From Geosiphon pyriformis uo1 (lineage: Eukaryota > Fungi > Glomeromycota), in the NCBI GenBank assembly GCA_016748015.1, contig JAAOMT010000009.1, positions 762,459-826,458 of the forward strand: DNA of 64,000 nucleotides, written 5' to 3'. Under the pieces are notes generated by a model, which did not search any database, was not told the DNA's origin, and saw only the letters and a program-made list of their open reading frames with translations. Below are positions 1 through 20,500 of the stretch, one piece after another (within the stretch, counting starts at the first letter, position 1; every line of letters starts with the position of its first letter). The translations under genes and the position numbers were made by a program.

Positions 1-1540
1 TTTGCCATAATTTTATAATCAATTATTGTATATTGTATATAAATAAATTTTGTTTTCAAAAAAATGTAAAAAATAGAATAGATTAATTAAAGAAGTTATA
101 TTTATTAAAGATTTTTTATAATTTGACTTTTTTAAATAAATTTAGACAAAAAACAAAATAGTTATAATTTTTGAATTTTTAAATATTAATAGAATTCTTA
201 AAAAACTTTTTGATTATAAATTTTTAAATTTTTAGATTTATTGTATTATTTTATAAAAATTTTTGATAACTTTATAAACAAAAAATATTAATAAGTATAA
301 TAAATATTTTTTTGTTTGTAGTTTTTTTGTTAATATTTATTTAAATATTTTTTGTTTTTATAATAATATATTAATATTTATTATTATTAATAAAAAGTTT
401 TATTTTAAAATAATTAAGTTTTTTAAAATATTTAAAATTATATTTGTAAGTTAATTGTTAAACAAAAACAGAATTTTATTTATTTGAATTATTTTTTATT
501 ATTAAAAAAAATTAAATCCAAAAAATTCAATATTATATTAATTTAAATATATTGTTATTTATTTTAATAATTTGTATAATATTATAAATTATTAATATGT
601 TATTTATATTAATAAAAAATATTTAAAAGTTAATTAAATTTTAATATTATTGTATTTTAATTTATGTAAATTAATTTGTTTTAAATTTATAATATATACA
701 AATAAATTTGTAGGTTAGGGTTGATATTATTCTGTTTAAGAGCTTTGTTTTCAATAATTGGTATCATGAATCTGTCTCAGTTTTTAAGGACTTTAAGGTT
801 GGGGGCTAGGGAAATTGTGAATTTTGTGCATGGGCTCTGTTTAGCATTTCGGGATGACATTTGGTTAGTCCGCACCAGACACCGAGCATTTATAGAAAAG
901 CATGGTTTGATTCCGCATGACAGCTCCACTCCAGCTTCAGTTTCTGGTTTGCCTATGGTGTTTTCGGCTGGTGTAGTTAGATTGCTGAGTGTGGCTGAGG
1001 CTTTTGGAGTTGATTTCGGGTTTCATAAGTTTTGTCCATTTTTTTCGGGTATTGGATATTTGGTTTCTGTGCATATAGGTGTATAGTGTTGTTCTGGCTG
1101 GCCCAAATGGCTGGTCACGTGTAGAAAGCACATGATTTGCACTTAGTTTAGATTATTTATATGATGTATAGCACTAGGTTGCGTTTGGACCTCACTCGTT
1201 AAAATAAAAAAATAAAAAAATAAAAATTTGTAAAAAATTTTGGTTTTTTTGAGTTAATTAAAAAAACTATTGTCTTTTTTGTTAATTTAATTTTAAATAT
1301 AAAAATTAATATATATAATATTATATTATTTATATTAATTAAGCTTTAAATTATTGTTTTAATATTTAAATATATGTTGATATCTGTATATATAATAATA
1401 AAATTTAATAATTAAACTGTTTTAAATACATATTAATTGGATTTAATTAATATTATTCTAATTTTAAACATAAATATTAGATTAAAAAACATTAAATTAT
1501 TAATATTATAATTTAAATAAGAATTTAATATAAAAATTAT
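1..1540 (+). mobile_element. Hypermutated ancient LINE remnant (RT C-terminal region to RNase H), interrupted at 713-1223; begins before the window, right end approximate
   Basis: 503-544 reads *KKLNPKNSILY*F, i.e. WKKLDPRGPVPYWF after G>A/C>T. ~692-712 reads IYTNKFV (VYTDGSx). ~1333-1379 reads ILIKL*IIVLIFKYML (TLTELQAIALALECVP). These motifs are collinear with ORF2 of the intact copies. Confidence 0.8.
713..1223 (+). mobile_element. 5'-truncated younger LINE copy (ORF2 C-terminus, 3' UTR, A-rich tail) with 9-bp TSD
   Basis: ORF 721-1086 matches the ORF2 C-terminus (DDIWLVRTRHRAFIEKHGLIP...VSVHIGV*). The 3' end is the family terminus CACTCGTT followed by A-rich repeats. AAATTTGTA flanks it at 704-712 and 1224-1232. 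Confidence 0.9.
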
Positions 1541-3399
1541 AAAAAAAATATAAATAATATATTATATAAAATAATACATAATAATAAAATTTAGATAAAA
1601 TAATTAAATTTAATTTTATTAGTTTTTTAAATTTAATAAAATTATTATTAAAACTTATATTTATATGAATTAAAATTTTAAATTCTTTTATTAAAATTTA
1701 TTTACTTTTTTACATTCAAGTTAAATATAATTAACATGATACTTTAAAAATTTTTATAAATTAAATCAATATTTTTAATTATAATAATTAACAAAATATT
1801 AATTTTATTTATTTATTTTTATTTTTTTATTTTAATCTGAAAATAGCCAAAAATAACATATATAATAATTTGATAATTTAATTATTATAATAAATAATTT
1901 TATATTATAATAATTTAATAAAAAAAAAGTGTATTTTAAGAAATTAATTTTATAAAAAATTATAACTTATTAAAAAAATAAAAAAATAAAACTAAAATTT
2001 TAATTATAATTGAATAGCATAAAATAAAATTGATTACAAATAAAAATAAACATTTTTACTTAAAAAAACTATTATAAATAATTTTAACATTTAAAAAATT
2101 TTAATATTTATATTTTTTATAAAAAAACTCAATAGATAAAATTATTAATAAAAAAAATTAAAAAATTTTCAGATTTAAACAAATTTTTAAAAATTAATAT
2201 TACATAAATTTAATATTAAAAGTTATAATATTTTACTTAAATAAATTATCTATAATAATATAATTTATAAGAAAAAGTTTTTTATTAATTAAAAAACTAT
2301 TTTGGTAATTTAGAAATAAAATTGTAAATAATTATAAAATCTAATTTTTTGTTAATAATTAATATTAAAAAACCAAAAATATTGTTAAATATATTAATAT
2401 TTTATTGGTTAAAAATATTAAATCTGATTTAATAAATTGTAAATTGCTATTAAAAAAAATTATATAATTATAATTATTTAAGATATAAAAATTTTTGAAT
2501 TTTTAGATTATTAATAATATTATTTAACAAAATTACAAATTTGAAAACTTTTTTAATAATAATAATAATAATTTTATTATTTATTTAATATTAAAACAAA
2601 AATAAAGTCAAATAATAAATTAATTAGAAAAAACACAACATAAAATGTTAATATAAAAAATCATAAAAATCATAAAATTTAAAATATTAATAATAAATAT
2701 AAAAACAAAAACGAGTAGCAGTTAATAATATTCTTCATAAAGAAATTTGTCAATATTCCAAAAATATAAAAAATCACAAAAAAAAATATAAATTAAAATA
2801 TTAATAATAAATATTAAAGCTACTTAAAATATTAATAACAAGGATTTAAAACATAAAAAAAAGAAAAAAAAACAGATAAAAAGAAAAAAACCAATTACTT
2901 TTTATAAAATTGTAATAAAAAATTAGCTTAATACTTTTTTAAATTAACAAAAATATTTATATATATAGTTAAATTATATTAAATTTACATATTATATTAA
3001 AATTATTTAAGTTTATTAATTATTTATATATATTAAATTAATTAATTTAATTGTAAATTTATTTGGTATATTATTTTTTTAAGAACTAATAATTTAAATA
3101 ATTAAATAATTAAATTTAAATACTTGGATTTAAAACTTTAATTATATATTAATAATATTAATTGTAATTATAATTAATATAATCAATATAACTTAACAAA
3201 TTACTATTTTTTAGTAATTATTTTTTAATAGTAATTACAAATTTAAAATATTGAATTATATAAATAAAGGCATATAAGAAATTTGAAACATAACAAAATC
3301 TGTTATTATTAAATTATATGTGTTTTAAATTAATATTATTATATTAAATTTTTTAATACTTTATAAAAAAAATTAATATATATATATATATATATATAA

Positions 3400-9100
<5,701 letters not shown>

Positions 9101-9192
9101 GTTTGTATACTCTATTTTAACTCATTCCCATTTATCTTCTAATATGAATATATGTAAATAGTATGGATGGTTCATATACAAATCTGTCTCTA

Positions 9193-10018
9193 TTAAGGTA
9201 ATCCCTCTTCTCCTCCACTCATCCAACCTCTTTTGCCTGCATTCATTTGATTTAATGTCCTAGCAAGAGAATTTACCGCCATCTTTCCATTAAACCTCCC
9301 ACCCACAATAGTATGTCGCCTGCTAATCGATGTATTACTCAACACACGTTCAAACGGATTCATTGTAAAATCCTCATCTTCCGTATACTCTGCAGCAGAA
9401 TAATGACCAATCAAAGGAAGTGATCGATCTTCGCGATCCGATAAAATCGCGTCCAACATATCATCTTCATCAATTGCCTTTGGTTCCCCTCCATCTTCCT
9501 CATTATGGTTTCTTTCATGAGAAACCGTTTGTCCCATAGATTCTTCCGGAATAGAACCACCTACTTCTTCACTTGTCCGACTTTGAACCCAATTTTCACT
9601 TCCAGTAAAAGCAGAAGAAGATTGATCATCACGTTCTTCTTCTTCATCACTGAATGCTTCCGAGTGATCCCCTTCAGGATATTCGGTATTATGGTTTCGA
9701 TTTTCATCTTTATCCTCAACGCTACCCCCCTCGTTACTTCCACCCTCAATACTGGCGCTACCACTATTAGTACTAGTTATACTGCTTTTACGTTCGTGCT
9801 TTTGAAAATCATCGGTTATTGATACCTTGCGATGATTCTTATTCAGTAATAAAAGTTGATGTTTTCTATCTTCAACATTTGATACACTTATTTCTTTTGA
9901 TTGAGGTGATGATGATGATGATGATGGTAGTGGTGGTGGTGGTGGTGGTGGTGATAGTAGTGGGAGTGATAATGATGATGGTGATGTTGTTGTTAGTAGT
10001 GGAGATGAGGGTCTCTGA

Positions 10019-10067
<49 letters not shown>

Positions 10068-11553
10068 GTTGTTGTTGTTGCTGCTGTTGGCGTTGTTGGC
10101 GTTGTTGTAATTGTAATAATTGAAGCTGCTTTTCTTTTTGTAATTGTATCTCTTTTTCTTTCTCGAGCTCTTTATGTAACTTTTCCTCTCGTGCACGTTT
10201 TTGATTTTCAGTAAATTTTGCCATTCGCAAATCTTTTTGAAGTTCATCATACATTTTTTGTTTTTGAGCTAAAGTGGCTCGAAGTAGCTTTATTTGCTTC
10301 TCGTGTTTCTCCTCCATTTGTTTAATGATGGTTTGATGTTCTATCTCAAGGTCATGATTTTGTGATTCGAATTTTTTTAATTTCTCTTTTGAAATGAAAA
10401 GTTCGTGTTCAAGTTCACCAATACGTTCATTGAGTTCACGGATTTTGGGATAATTTGAGACAGATTCAGTATCAGAAACTTCATTTGTCTCTAGGGAAGG
10501 TTTATGTGATTCGGTTGAAACGGAAACATCATCCCTATCTTCCATCGATCCAACTTTATGAACATCTTCAAGATTTCTTCTAACAATGTTTGTGGGTTCA
10601 ATCGGGCGTCCGGAGCCTAATTTTTTTCTTAATTCTTGGTTTTCTGTACGTAATCGTGCAATTTCATCCTCCTCCTTCTCTAATCTGTCCATTGTTTCAT
10701 TGAATGTCTTTTGTAATTCTTTACCTTGAACTTCCATTTCCATCACTTTACTTGCCCATGTATGCATCTCTTGGGCGAATTTTGCATGAGCTTCACGTAA
10801 AAGTTGATTTAGTTGTGAGGTAACACTAGATTCTTTACGCAAAGCATTTTGAAGTGTTCCTAAATCACTTTCGAGTGCGACTAGGTCGTCGTTGTGTGTT
10901 TGTTGAAGTTCTCGATATGCTTGAGCTGTTGAATCGTAAACCTTTTGGATATTAGACCGTTTTTCACGTTCCTTATTGAGGAGGTAGAGTAAAGATTTGG
11001 TAGTGGTTTCTTCCATGGTTGTTGAGGGTAAAGAGGCAGGAAGTGAATGTCTCTAAAAAGTGTATTATGATTGAATTAAAATTTTTAATTATATTTTAGT
11101 TTGCATTAATTTACCCAAAAGGGTGATAAATAGTAAGAGTATTCAGGTCACTCGATAAATTCTGGGGGTGTTAGTTTATTTGTTGTTTATTGAATTGATA
11201 AAATTAATAATAATTATAATAATAATAATAATAATAATACGCACATGTTTTGGTTTGGATAACTCGTCGTCAGTCTCATACTTTCGTACTGTTCTTATTC
11301 GCCTTGAAGCTATAGATTCATCGTCTCTTGTCTCAAACCTTCTGGTTGGTGTATAAGAGAAACCAAAACTAGAGTTTCTTCTTATATTACTATTTAGACG
11401 CGACTTTTCAAAAGAACTTTCGCGCTCTTCTTCCTCATCGAAAGAAGAAACAGCAGAAGAAATAAAGCGTTGTCTATCAAACTCGCGAAAGACCCTTGTT
11501 GGACGTCTTAGACGAGAAATTGTACTTGTTGAAGAAATATATCCGTCAGTCAT
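9193..11553 (-). CDS. Hypothetical coiled-coil/low-complexity protein, ~722 aa, exons 11553-11245 and 11052-9193
   Basis: Two long ORFs join in phase 0 across a GTGCGT...TAG intron (11244-11053): ...SKPKH|RHSLPASLPSTTMEE... The protein has long heptad-like segments, polyQ/polyS/polyP tracts and an acidic C-terminal region. I recognise no family. Confidence 0.75.
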
Positions 11554-14056
11554 TTCTTTGTTTTTACTATCAAATTTTTAAAGAATTCGGGCATGCGTTC
11601 TTGGGGGGGGGGGGCGGGGTCTAGATTTAAAGTTAAAAAAGATTTCTAATATGGGTGTCCAGCCAACCCTTTTTTTTTTTTTAAGTCTATTGTTTAAATA
11701 AGGAAAAATTAGTTGGTGAAGTGGGGAGTAAAATAAAAGAGTATTTTTGTGAAGTCTATATAGAAAAGTGAGAAAATATATCTCAAAAAGTGGTAAAGGT
11801 GCCTGCAGAAACTTTGACCTATGACTTTTGATGTCGAGGAGTTTTTGAAAGACTAAATATAAAAAAAATAATTATAAAAGTAAAATCTATATATATATAT
11901 ATAAATATAAATATATAAATAACGACACTTTGTAGAGATTGGTGATGATGATGATGCGGATGATATTTTGGCTGTGTTGTGATAAATAAATTTATAAATT
12001 TGTACCCCAAACAAAATTTTTTAACATTAAAATAAAAATTTTTTTAAAATGAACTTTTAGTTTGTATTCTATTTAGTGTTGTTGCTCAATGTCGAGGATA
12101 CTTTTGGGATCTTTGAATTCATCTTCATTGGGGGGGTGGGGACAGAAAAGACAATGGCAAATTAAATTTTTTTTTTATTAGATCCTAATGCTTAAAAGAC
12201 GCGTTTATTTTTTTTGTTACATTTTTTATAATGATTATTGAATAAGAATATATATAGAAAATGAAAAGTGGAATATATTAATTGCTAAAGAAAAAAAAGA
12301 AAAAAGAAAAAAAAAAAATCTTCATTGAGCAGATTTTAAAAAAAAAAAACTTGCTTTTTTTTTTTTGGTAAAATTCTCTAACATTTATGCTTCTCCCCTT
12401 GATAAATTTTCCCAAGTTGGGCTTTTTAATGTTTATCAAGAATTTTTGATCAACCTCTTCTCTTTCCTTCTTTCATATGTGCAGAGAGGGGCTTGACAAT
12501 TTTCTCAAGATTTAAAAACTTGACAATGATCGTGAAAAAAAAATGTTGAGAACAAAAAAAAACTTTAAAATGATCGGGGTTCTGGTACTAGAACTGTTTT
12601 AAAACGGGCTGATTTCAGTGGCTGCAACGGAAATAAAGAATCATTGAACTTCCGAGATCTTTTTTTTTCAGGAATTCCACAGTATCCCCGTATCAAAAAA
12701 TTATATATTAATGGAAAAAAAAAATAATCCCAAAGGTTTAGAAAATTTCCCTTTTTTTTTTACTTGAACAGGTTTTTGTTTTAATATTCATTTATCTAAA
12801 CGCCTTTACCATCAATATTTTCATACCTTTGTGAAACATATTTTGCATATTGACGTGACTATATTATTGTATGTATGTATGCATAATAGTTAATTTTGAA
12901 ATTCTTTTGTGTTCCCTAAATTTCTTTTTAATATATATATATATATAATGCAACTTACCCAACATGTGCAGTAACGGACATTTTTTTTTTTTTTTTGTTA
13001 AAAGGTTTTTGGACATCATTCTAATTTATGACAAAATCTTTTAGTGCATCAATATTTTACCAATAAATTTATATTAAAAATATTTCTTAATTCAAAAATT
13101 CCATGTGACTCAAAAGAAATTAAAGACCAAATAGTTACAACAGACATTTTAATTTTGTTGTGGTAGCATTAAAAATAAAATAAAAATAAAAAATAAAAAA
13201 TAAAATAATTAAAAACTTGATGCTCGAATCAATAAATAGTACTGTCCAGCTTTTTAACATAAAATTTAATTAAAGTCAACCAATAAAAATAACGCTTTTT
13301 TTTTTTTTGTTTTGTTTTGTTTTGTTTTGTTTTGTTTTGTTTTCTCAAACGTTTCTGAGTGAAATAAAGTTTTAAGTTTTCAGCACTTAAAAAAGTTTAA
13401 ATTTCTATTTTTTAGTTAAAAAGATTTTTTAATTAGATAATTATTTTTCTATTGATATATTTTAATAAATTATTTAAAGATTTATTACAAAATTTTTTAA
13501 TATTCTTGTACCATAATAATAAAATTTGAGAGAAAATGTTTTAAATTTTAATAATATATTATGAAAAAAAATTAAAATACTCTAATTTTTGTAATAAATT
13601 TTTAATTTTTATTTGTAATAAATTTTTAATTTTTATTTGTAAAAATTAATTATTTAAAGCTTTAAAAAAAAATTTAAAAATTCAAAAATATTAAAAAAAT
13701 ATTTTTAAATATAATTTTATTTATATATTAATTCAAAGATTGGGTTAATATTTATTAATTAATACAAATTGCTTATAATAAAAATAATTTTATGATAATT
13801 TTATAATAATTTTTAAGCTAAATTTTAAGTTAAAAAAAACACAATTAAAATAAATTAATTAATTACATTTTTTAAAAATTATTTTTTGGTTTTAATTATA
13901 AAATATAAAATATAAAATTATATTAATAAAAAAAACATGTAAAAATCTTAAAATAACCAGTTGTTATTAAATTTTATATATATATATATTAATTAATTAT
14001 TAATTTCAATTAATATTTTTTTATTTTAAAATATTTCAAAATTATTATTATTATTA

Positions 14057-14104
<48 letters not shown>

Positions 14105-14456
14105 TCTAATAATTTATTTACTTATAATTCATTTAATTATTTTTGATTATTTAATAATCAATTTATTGAACTATAATTAATAATTTTACATAAATAAAAT
14201 ATTCAATTTATTGAACCATAATAACTAGATATATTTATTTTTAATTTTCAAATTTTTAGACAGTAAATTAAATTACATTATATATATATATATATATATA
14301 ATGTAAAATAAAACGAGTAAAATAATTAGACAGTAATAATATTAAATATATTATTATACTTTAATCATCATCCAACTACCTATCTAAACAATTTATTTGA
14401 CTCCTAAAATTCCATTTCATTTTCGCGATCACAAGTTCCAGCAATTTCGAATATCA

Positions 14457-14918
14457 TTATCGAATAACCTCAATCCCGATACTTTTGGCACTAGCAATTA
14501 TACTCTTAACAATCGATTCTAACTCCAAATGCACCATATTCTGCTGCATCTTTTTAAACTTTCCAATCTCATAAACATGCTTTAAAGTCACCTTCCCAAC
14601 TACCAGAGTACCTGGCGTCGCACTTCCCTTCTGCACCCCAGCAGCTCGTTTCAAGAACCAAGATACAACTGGTGGTCTAGTTTCAAAATTAAAAGTTCTA
14701 TCAGGCTTCACGGTGATTACAGTAGGGATTGGAGTATCAGGTATCATATTTTTCGTTCGGTCGTTGAATTGTTTGCAAAAATCGATGGATTTAACACCTC
14801 GTTGACCTAAGGCTGGCCCTAAAGGTGGAGTTGGAGTGGCTTTGGCTGCGGGGATGATAAGACGAATGACCGCGGATTTACCTGCACTTACGGTCGGAAT
14901 AGCGCCCTTCCGTGACAT
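14457..14918 (-). CDS. MRPL19: Mitochondrial large ribosomal subunit protein uL11m (yeast Mrpl19-like), single exon
   Basis: uL11 signature IRLIIPAAKATPTPPLGPALGQRGVKSIDFCKQFNDRT...IIASAKSIGIEV; ATG at 14918. Confidence 0.93.
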   Translation of the reverse strand: MSRKGAIPTVSAGKSAVIRLIIPAAKATPTPPLGPALGQRGVKSIDFCKQFNDRTKNMIPDTPIPTVITVKPDRTFNFETRPPVVSWFLKRAAGVQKGSATPGTLVVGKVTLKHVYEIGKFKKMQQNMVHLELESIVKSIIASAKSIGIEVIR

Positions 14919-14956
14919 TATTGGAAAAGTTATTTTCAACTAGAATTATTATTATG

Positions 14957-14989
<33 letters not shown>

Positions 14990-16179
14990 GATTTGAGAAA
15001 GTGTATAGGTAACGAGATTTTTTCAATCAGAGAATCTCTGATTTGGTGATAAGGATCTTTCTATTGCATAAATTTTTAAAAAAATCTGACGATTCTCCAT
15101 CTTGGAAAGAATTCCTACACAAGCCCCCAAGGAAAAATCATTTAAACCTAAAAGAATTATGTTAACCAAAAAAAAGGGTATTATTAAATCATAAAATTTC
15201 TCATCAACATCTTAGAGTTTGTGGCTGTTGCGAACTTTTATATTGATATTTAACTAAAAACAAAAAAATTCATTAAAATTTGTTTTATATAATAATTACT
15301 AAATTTTTTAAATAAAAAATATGTTATCAAAAAAATTTTTAATTACATATTATTAATTAATATATAATATTTTATATTCAATACTATTGAACTACTTTTT
15401 ATTCTTAATGTTTTTTTTTTAATTAAAAAATACATAATTACAATGTAAATTATTCAATTATTTACTTAATAGCATTCTATAAAAGTATTTTTTATAAATA
15501 AAATAATAGTAAATTAATCTTTTACTAGTTTTAGAACACCGTTTTTATCTTTGGTTAAAAGCTTTTTCTGATATAATTTCTGTTTTTTTTAAAAGTTTTA
15601 AAGTTTTAAATAAAAAACTGGTAACCAAGTTATTTTTTTCTATTTTTTTTCTTATTTATTGTCCAAATGGCCAAAAAAGCCAAAAATAAATAAAAAGTAA
15701 TTCCTTTAAGTTTCTGTTATATTTATTAATAATTTTTTTAAAGTGTTAAAAAATTCTTTTTTTGGTATTTCTAATAGTAAATATTATCAAAAATTTTAAT
15801 TATCTTATTTAATATTATTAATTTTAAATTGTTGTTAAATTTATTATTAATAAAATTTATTAAATTTCTAATAATTTAATTTAATTTTAAAGTATTTTTA
15901 TACTTTTAAACTATATGTATTATTAAATATATAATAAAATAATTAATAATATGCCAATTATTTAATGTAATTACTTTGTAATAAACGTTAATTATTTTAC
16001 AAAAATTTTTTATTTCAAGGTTTTTTAATAATTTATAATTATTTTGTAATAAAAAATCAAATCTTTTACAAAAAATCTTAATTATAAACTTCTTAATAAT
16101 ATAAAAAAACAAAAAAAACATATATTTTTTAAAAAAAAAAAATCTTTTTCTTAAACTTAAAATAATTAAACTATTTATT

Positions 16180-17210
16180 AAAATTGGTAAATAATTAATT
16201 TTTTAAAATATTAATTAAGATTATAAATTATTAAAAATAATTAATTTTGTTATAATATTATTTTAAGTTTTAATATATATTTTGGTAAATTACAAGTTAT
16301 TTTAATAAATATTTCTGTATTATAATAATTAAAATTTATAATTATTTTTAAATTTATTTTTGTTAAAATATATAATTTTAAGTATTTTAAATTAAATTTT
16401 GTATTTATTTTATATATTTATTTACTAAATTTATAAGCAAATTTATGATTGGATTATATTCTTATTTTATAAAAACTTTATATTAGAGACTATTTGTAAT
16501 TGTTTATAAATATCTGTATAATAAATATTAATATAGCATTTTATATTTATTTTATAAAAAAGTTAAGTTTTCAAATTACATTTTTTTCTGCGAATTAGAT
16601 AATAAAGTTTATAAAAAATAGTTAAATATCTATGTAATTATTTAAGAAGTGCTTTTTAATCTTATTAGATTGATATTATATATATTTTAAACACTTTTTT
16701 TGTGTTCTTTTAATATTGTAATATATTTAGTTTTGTATAAAAGATTTGTTTTTAAGAATTGGTTTGTAAGTTTTTTTCGATTTTTAAAAATGTTAAAATT
16801 GTCAATAGTAAAATAATGAACTTTGTATATAATTTTAGATTAATTTATAGAAATAATATTTGGCTTATTTATTCTAAACATTAAGCTTTTATGGAAAAAA
16901 GTAGTCTGATTCTATAAGATAAAACTCTTTTTGTAAATATTATTAGTCTGTTTTTTGTTTTGTTTAATAATATAATTAAGCTGTTTAGAATTGTTAAAAT
17001 TTTTGGTGTTAATTTTAATATATATAAATTATGTTTATTTTTTAAATATTGAGAACATAATTTATATATATATAAATATAAAGTATTGTTTTAATTGATT
17101 TAAGTAGCTAATTATATATAATTAAATATATAATTTACACTTAATTTAAATTATTTAGTTTAATGTATTATACTAAACAATATTTGAACTTTATTTATTA
17201 AACATAAAAA
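16180..17210 (+). mobile_element. Hypermutated LINE 3' portion (Zn finger, C-terminus, 3' UTR); 5' limit approximate
   Basis: ~16430-16590 reads FISKFMIGLYSYFIKTLY*RLFVIVYKYLYNKY*YSILYLFYKKVKFSNYIFFC, matching FTS..AG..YFMKALH.RLPVAVRKRLYD..YP.V.CLFCG.VE.SDHVFSC. The terminus TTTGAACTTTATTTATTAAA is a decayed TTTGGACTTCACTCGTTAAA. Confidence 0.85.
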
Positions 17211-17539
17211 ATATATATATTATTTAATTTAAATTTAAATAATTATAAATATATAATAGTAATTTATTATAAATATTATATAATTTATAATAATAATTCT
17301 GATTTTAAAACAAATATATATATTTGTTAATGTTTTTATTGTATAATAAAAAAATTTACAAAGATTATTTTAATTATAAATCAGAAATTTAATTATATTT
17401 AAATTAAAATAAGTTATATAAACTTTAAATATATATTAATTTTATGATTATTAAAATTAAGTTAATTTTGATTCTTTTTAAAAATTGAATTTTGTTTTGG
17501 TTTCTTAAGTTTTAAGTTTTAAGCTTTTTATTATTATTT

Positions 17540-20500
17540 TTTTTATTAATAAGTATAATTCTATTATTATCTAGTATAAAGAATTAAACAAAAAAACTCC
17601 AATTAAATATAATTTATGTATTTATTATATATAACTAGATACTTAGTTTAATTAAAGTAATATTACATATTTATTTAAAACATTACATCATTATTCAATC
17701 TGAAAAAAACAAACAATATTTACAAGAACCAAAATTAATAATAAAGATCTTATTAATACTAAGTAATTATATTATATAATTTATTAAACAAAAAAACAAA
17801 GAACAAAACAACAAAAAAACCAAGTTTATATTGTTAACTTTATCATAAAACTTTATATCTGCTCTAAATTTTAATTTAAATACTTATATTAATATCTTAT
17901 AATATTTTATAAATTGGTAAGCAAAATTTATTACTATTATAACAGTTTTTTTCTTATTATCAAACATTAATACTGTTTTTTTAAACCAGTTACTTATAAT
18001 AAAACTTAATAAAAAAGTCTATATAATTGCCAAAAAAAAAACCTTAATATTAATTAAGAATTTTTATTTAGCAATTATTTTTTGAATTATATTTATACAC
18101 AAATTAATATTTTTTAAACATATGAAAACATAAACAAAGAGCTTTATTTTGTTGTACAGCAAATATAGTACACTAAAATAGCATTTGTTATAAAACTTTT
18201 TTTTAATAACAACTGATAATTTCTTATATACAGTTTTTATTAAATAAGTGCACAAACTTGATAAAATTTTGTTAGTATAATCAGAATACATGTAAAAATT
18301 TAGGTATTAAACAGCCACAGTTTGGATCCACTTAATATGCTAAATAAATAAATTAATTACAATTTTCAAACCAGAACTTGTTATATAGCAAGCACAACAG
18401 ATTAACTTAAAAACATTATACAAAAAATAACAAGTATTTTTAAACACAAGTAGACAATTTGTTATAATAAACTTTTCCTAAGCATAATGAAAAAAAATAA
18501 GAACAAACAGCAATACTTATAAGTATGTCTGTTTAATTGTTGTTTATATTATCTAAATAATTTTTAATTTTTATTTATTTTACCAAAAAATTTTGTTTCT
18601 AATAAAATTAATTATATGTTGTTATTTAATCTAATAACTAATATAAAAATCAGATTGTCATAGACCCAAATTTAAAAAACACAAATTAATTGTTACTTGG
18701 CTATTTAAGTATAAGACTATAAACTAAAACAAAAGTACATATTTTAGTATTAAAGCAATAGTTTGTAATTTAGTCATTGTTAAAAACATCAGACCTCAAA
18801 CTTTTATTTTAATGCTCATATTAATGTTTAAAAAAAATGCTGCTATCTTATAAATCATAAACAAAAAACCAGTATTCTTCAATAACTTATTAGTATATAC
18901 ACTAAAACTTTTAAACCAAACTTCATATAATTGTTTTTAAATAGCTAAAAACTTAACAGAATCTAAAACATTCAAAAAACTATTAATAAAAAACATACTT
19001 AAAGACACATAACCAGAATTAACCATAAATTTAGAAGTTATTTCAAACCAAAAAAGCATTAAATTTCTTGGATCAAGTCTCTTTTAACAAGTCTACTACA
19101 CTATAGTAATAAAATACCTTCAAAATTTTGAATATTAAAAACTTGCCAAAATAACAAAAAGCATTAAAAAAATTATTAATTAAGAAAATTTTATTGTTTA
19201 AAAAGATTTTTATAATATTTGCAAGAAAATTGTTTATTAAATTAACTTTTAACTTTATTAAATATTGTAATAGATCTATTGGTGTTTATTTTAAAACCTA
19301 AATATTTAAAAAACAATAATTAACCAACCATCTAAAAATACTAAACATTAAAAAAAACAACAAATATAACAATTTTTTTTTGTTTAAATTTGCTTAAAAA
19401 ACTTTAAATTATATAAAAAAAAGTAATACATAGTTTTATTAGAAAAATTTTTTAGTAAATTAGTCTTAATTTTAAGTTGTTTGTATTAAAATATCTTATT
19501 TGCCACATATGCTTCTTGAAACAAAATTAAACTGTATTCTATAATTTACAATTGGCTGCAAAACTACAAATACCAAATATGAAAACTGCTTATTTAATAA
19601 AGCTTTTCTTAATATTAAGTTAGAAAAAAACCTAATATTTAAATATATATTAGTCAAAATTAGCTTTAACATACTTTTAGTTAACAAAAAAATACCCAAA
19701 TATCTGTAAGACTTGTCTTTTTTTGTTATTATAATTGACAATTTACTAATAAACAAAGAAATATTTTTGATTTTTTGATTAATAAGAATAACCACTATTT
19801 TTTTTGTTATTAATCAAAATATTATTAATAGAAAAAAACTCACTGGCAATATTCAGAATATGTTGTGTAAATGCATAATTATTTTTTATTCAAATTGTTT
19901 TATTTATAAAAATACTAGCTGCAAAAAAAGTTTCTATTTGAACTGGCCTTAATTCTGCCTAATCTGACTATAAATTTAGTATTAATTCAGTATTTGCACA
20001 AATTTTTATGCCTTTTAACTTTACACAAAAGTAGATTGTAAAAAATTTTTTAAAAAAAAGACAAAAAAACTTTATTTTAATTCAATTTATTATGTATTTT
20101 GTATTCATTTAAAAGCCCAAAATCTGTTATAATTTGATTGATTCTATTTCTATACAAATTGCCAAAAAAACTAATAAATTTATTATATATCTTTATTTAC
20201 TTTAGACTTTACTACAAATAATCATAAGCCTTATACATATTTTACAAAACCAGCCATATTTTTTGGCTTTTTTTCAAAGCATTTTTTTATTAAAGCCTAC
20301 TGTAAAAACAAAAACTTGTGTAAAAGTGTCTTTAAGTACTGAAAATTTGTTTTCATAAAGCACATTATACTATAAGTAAAAAAAATACAATCTAACAAAA
20401 TTTTTAACAAAACTTTCTTAACTGTTTTAATCAAAGCTATCAGTTTGGTATTTATTAGCATTTTTTTTTACTTATATAGCTTTGGAATTATAGACACTTA

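Noticed and set aside
713-722. GGTTAGGGTT telomere-like word at the 5' junction of the truncated LINE
   Set aside because: It is a single unit and translates as part of the ORF2 C-terminal region (V-R/G-V).
1-1540. APOBEC-style cDNA editing as the cause of AT drift
   Set aside because: C>T and G>A are both abundant on the same strand of each element, which does not fit single-strand editing at insertion.
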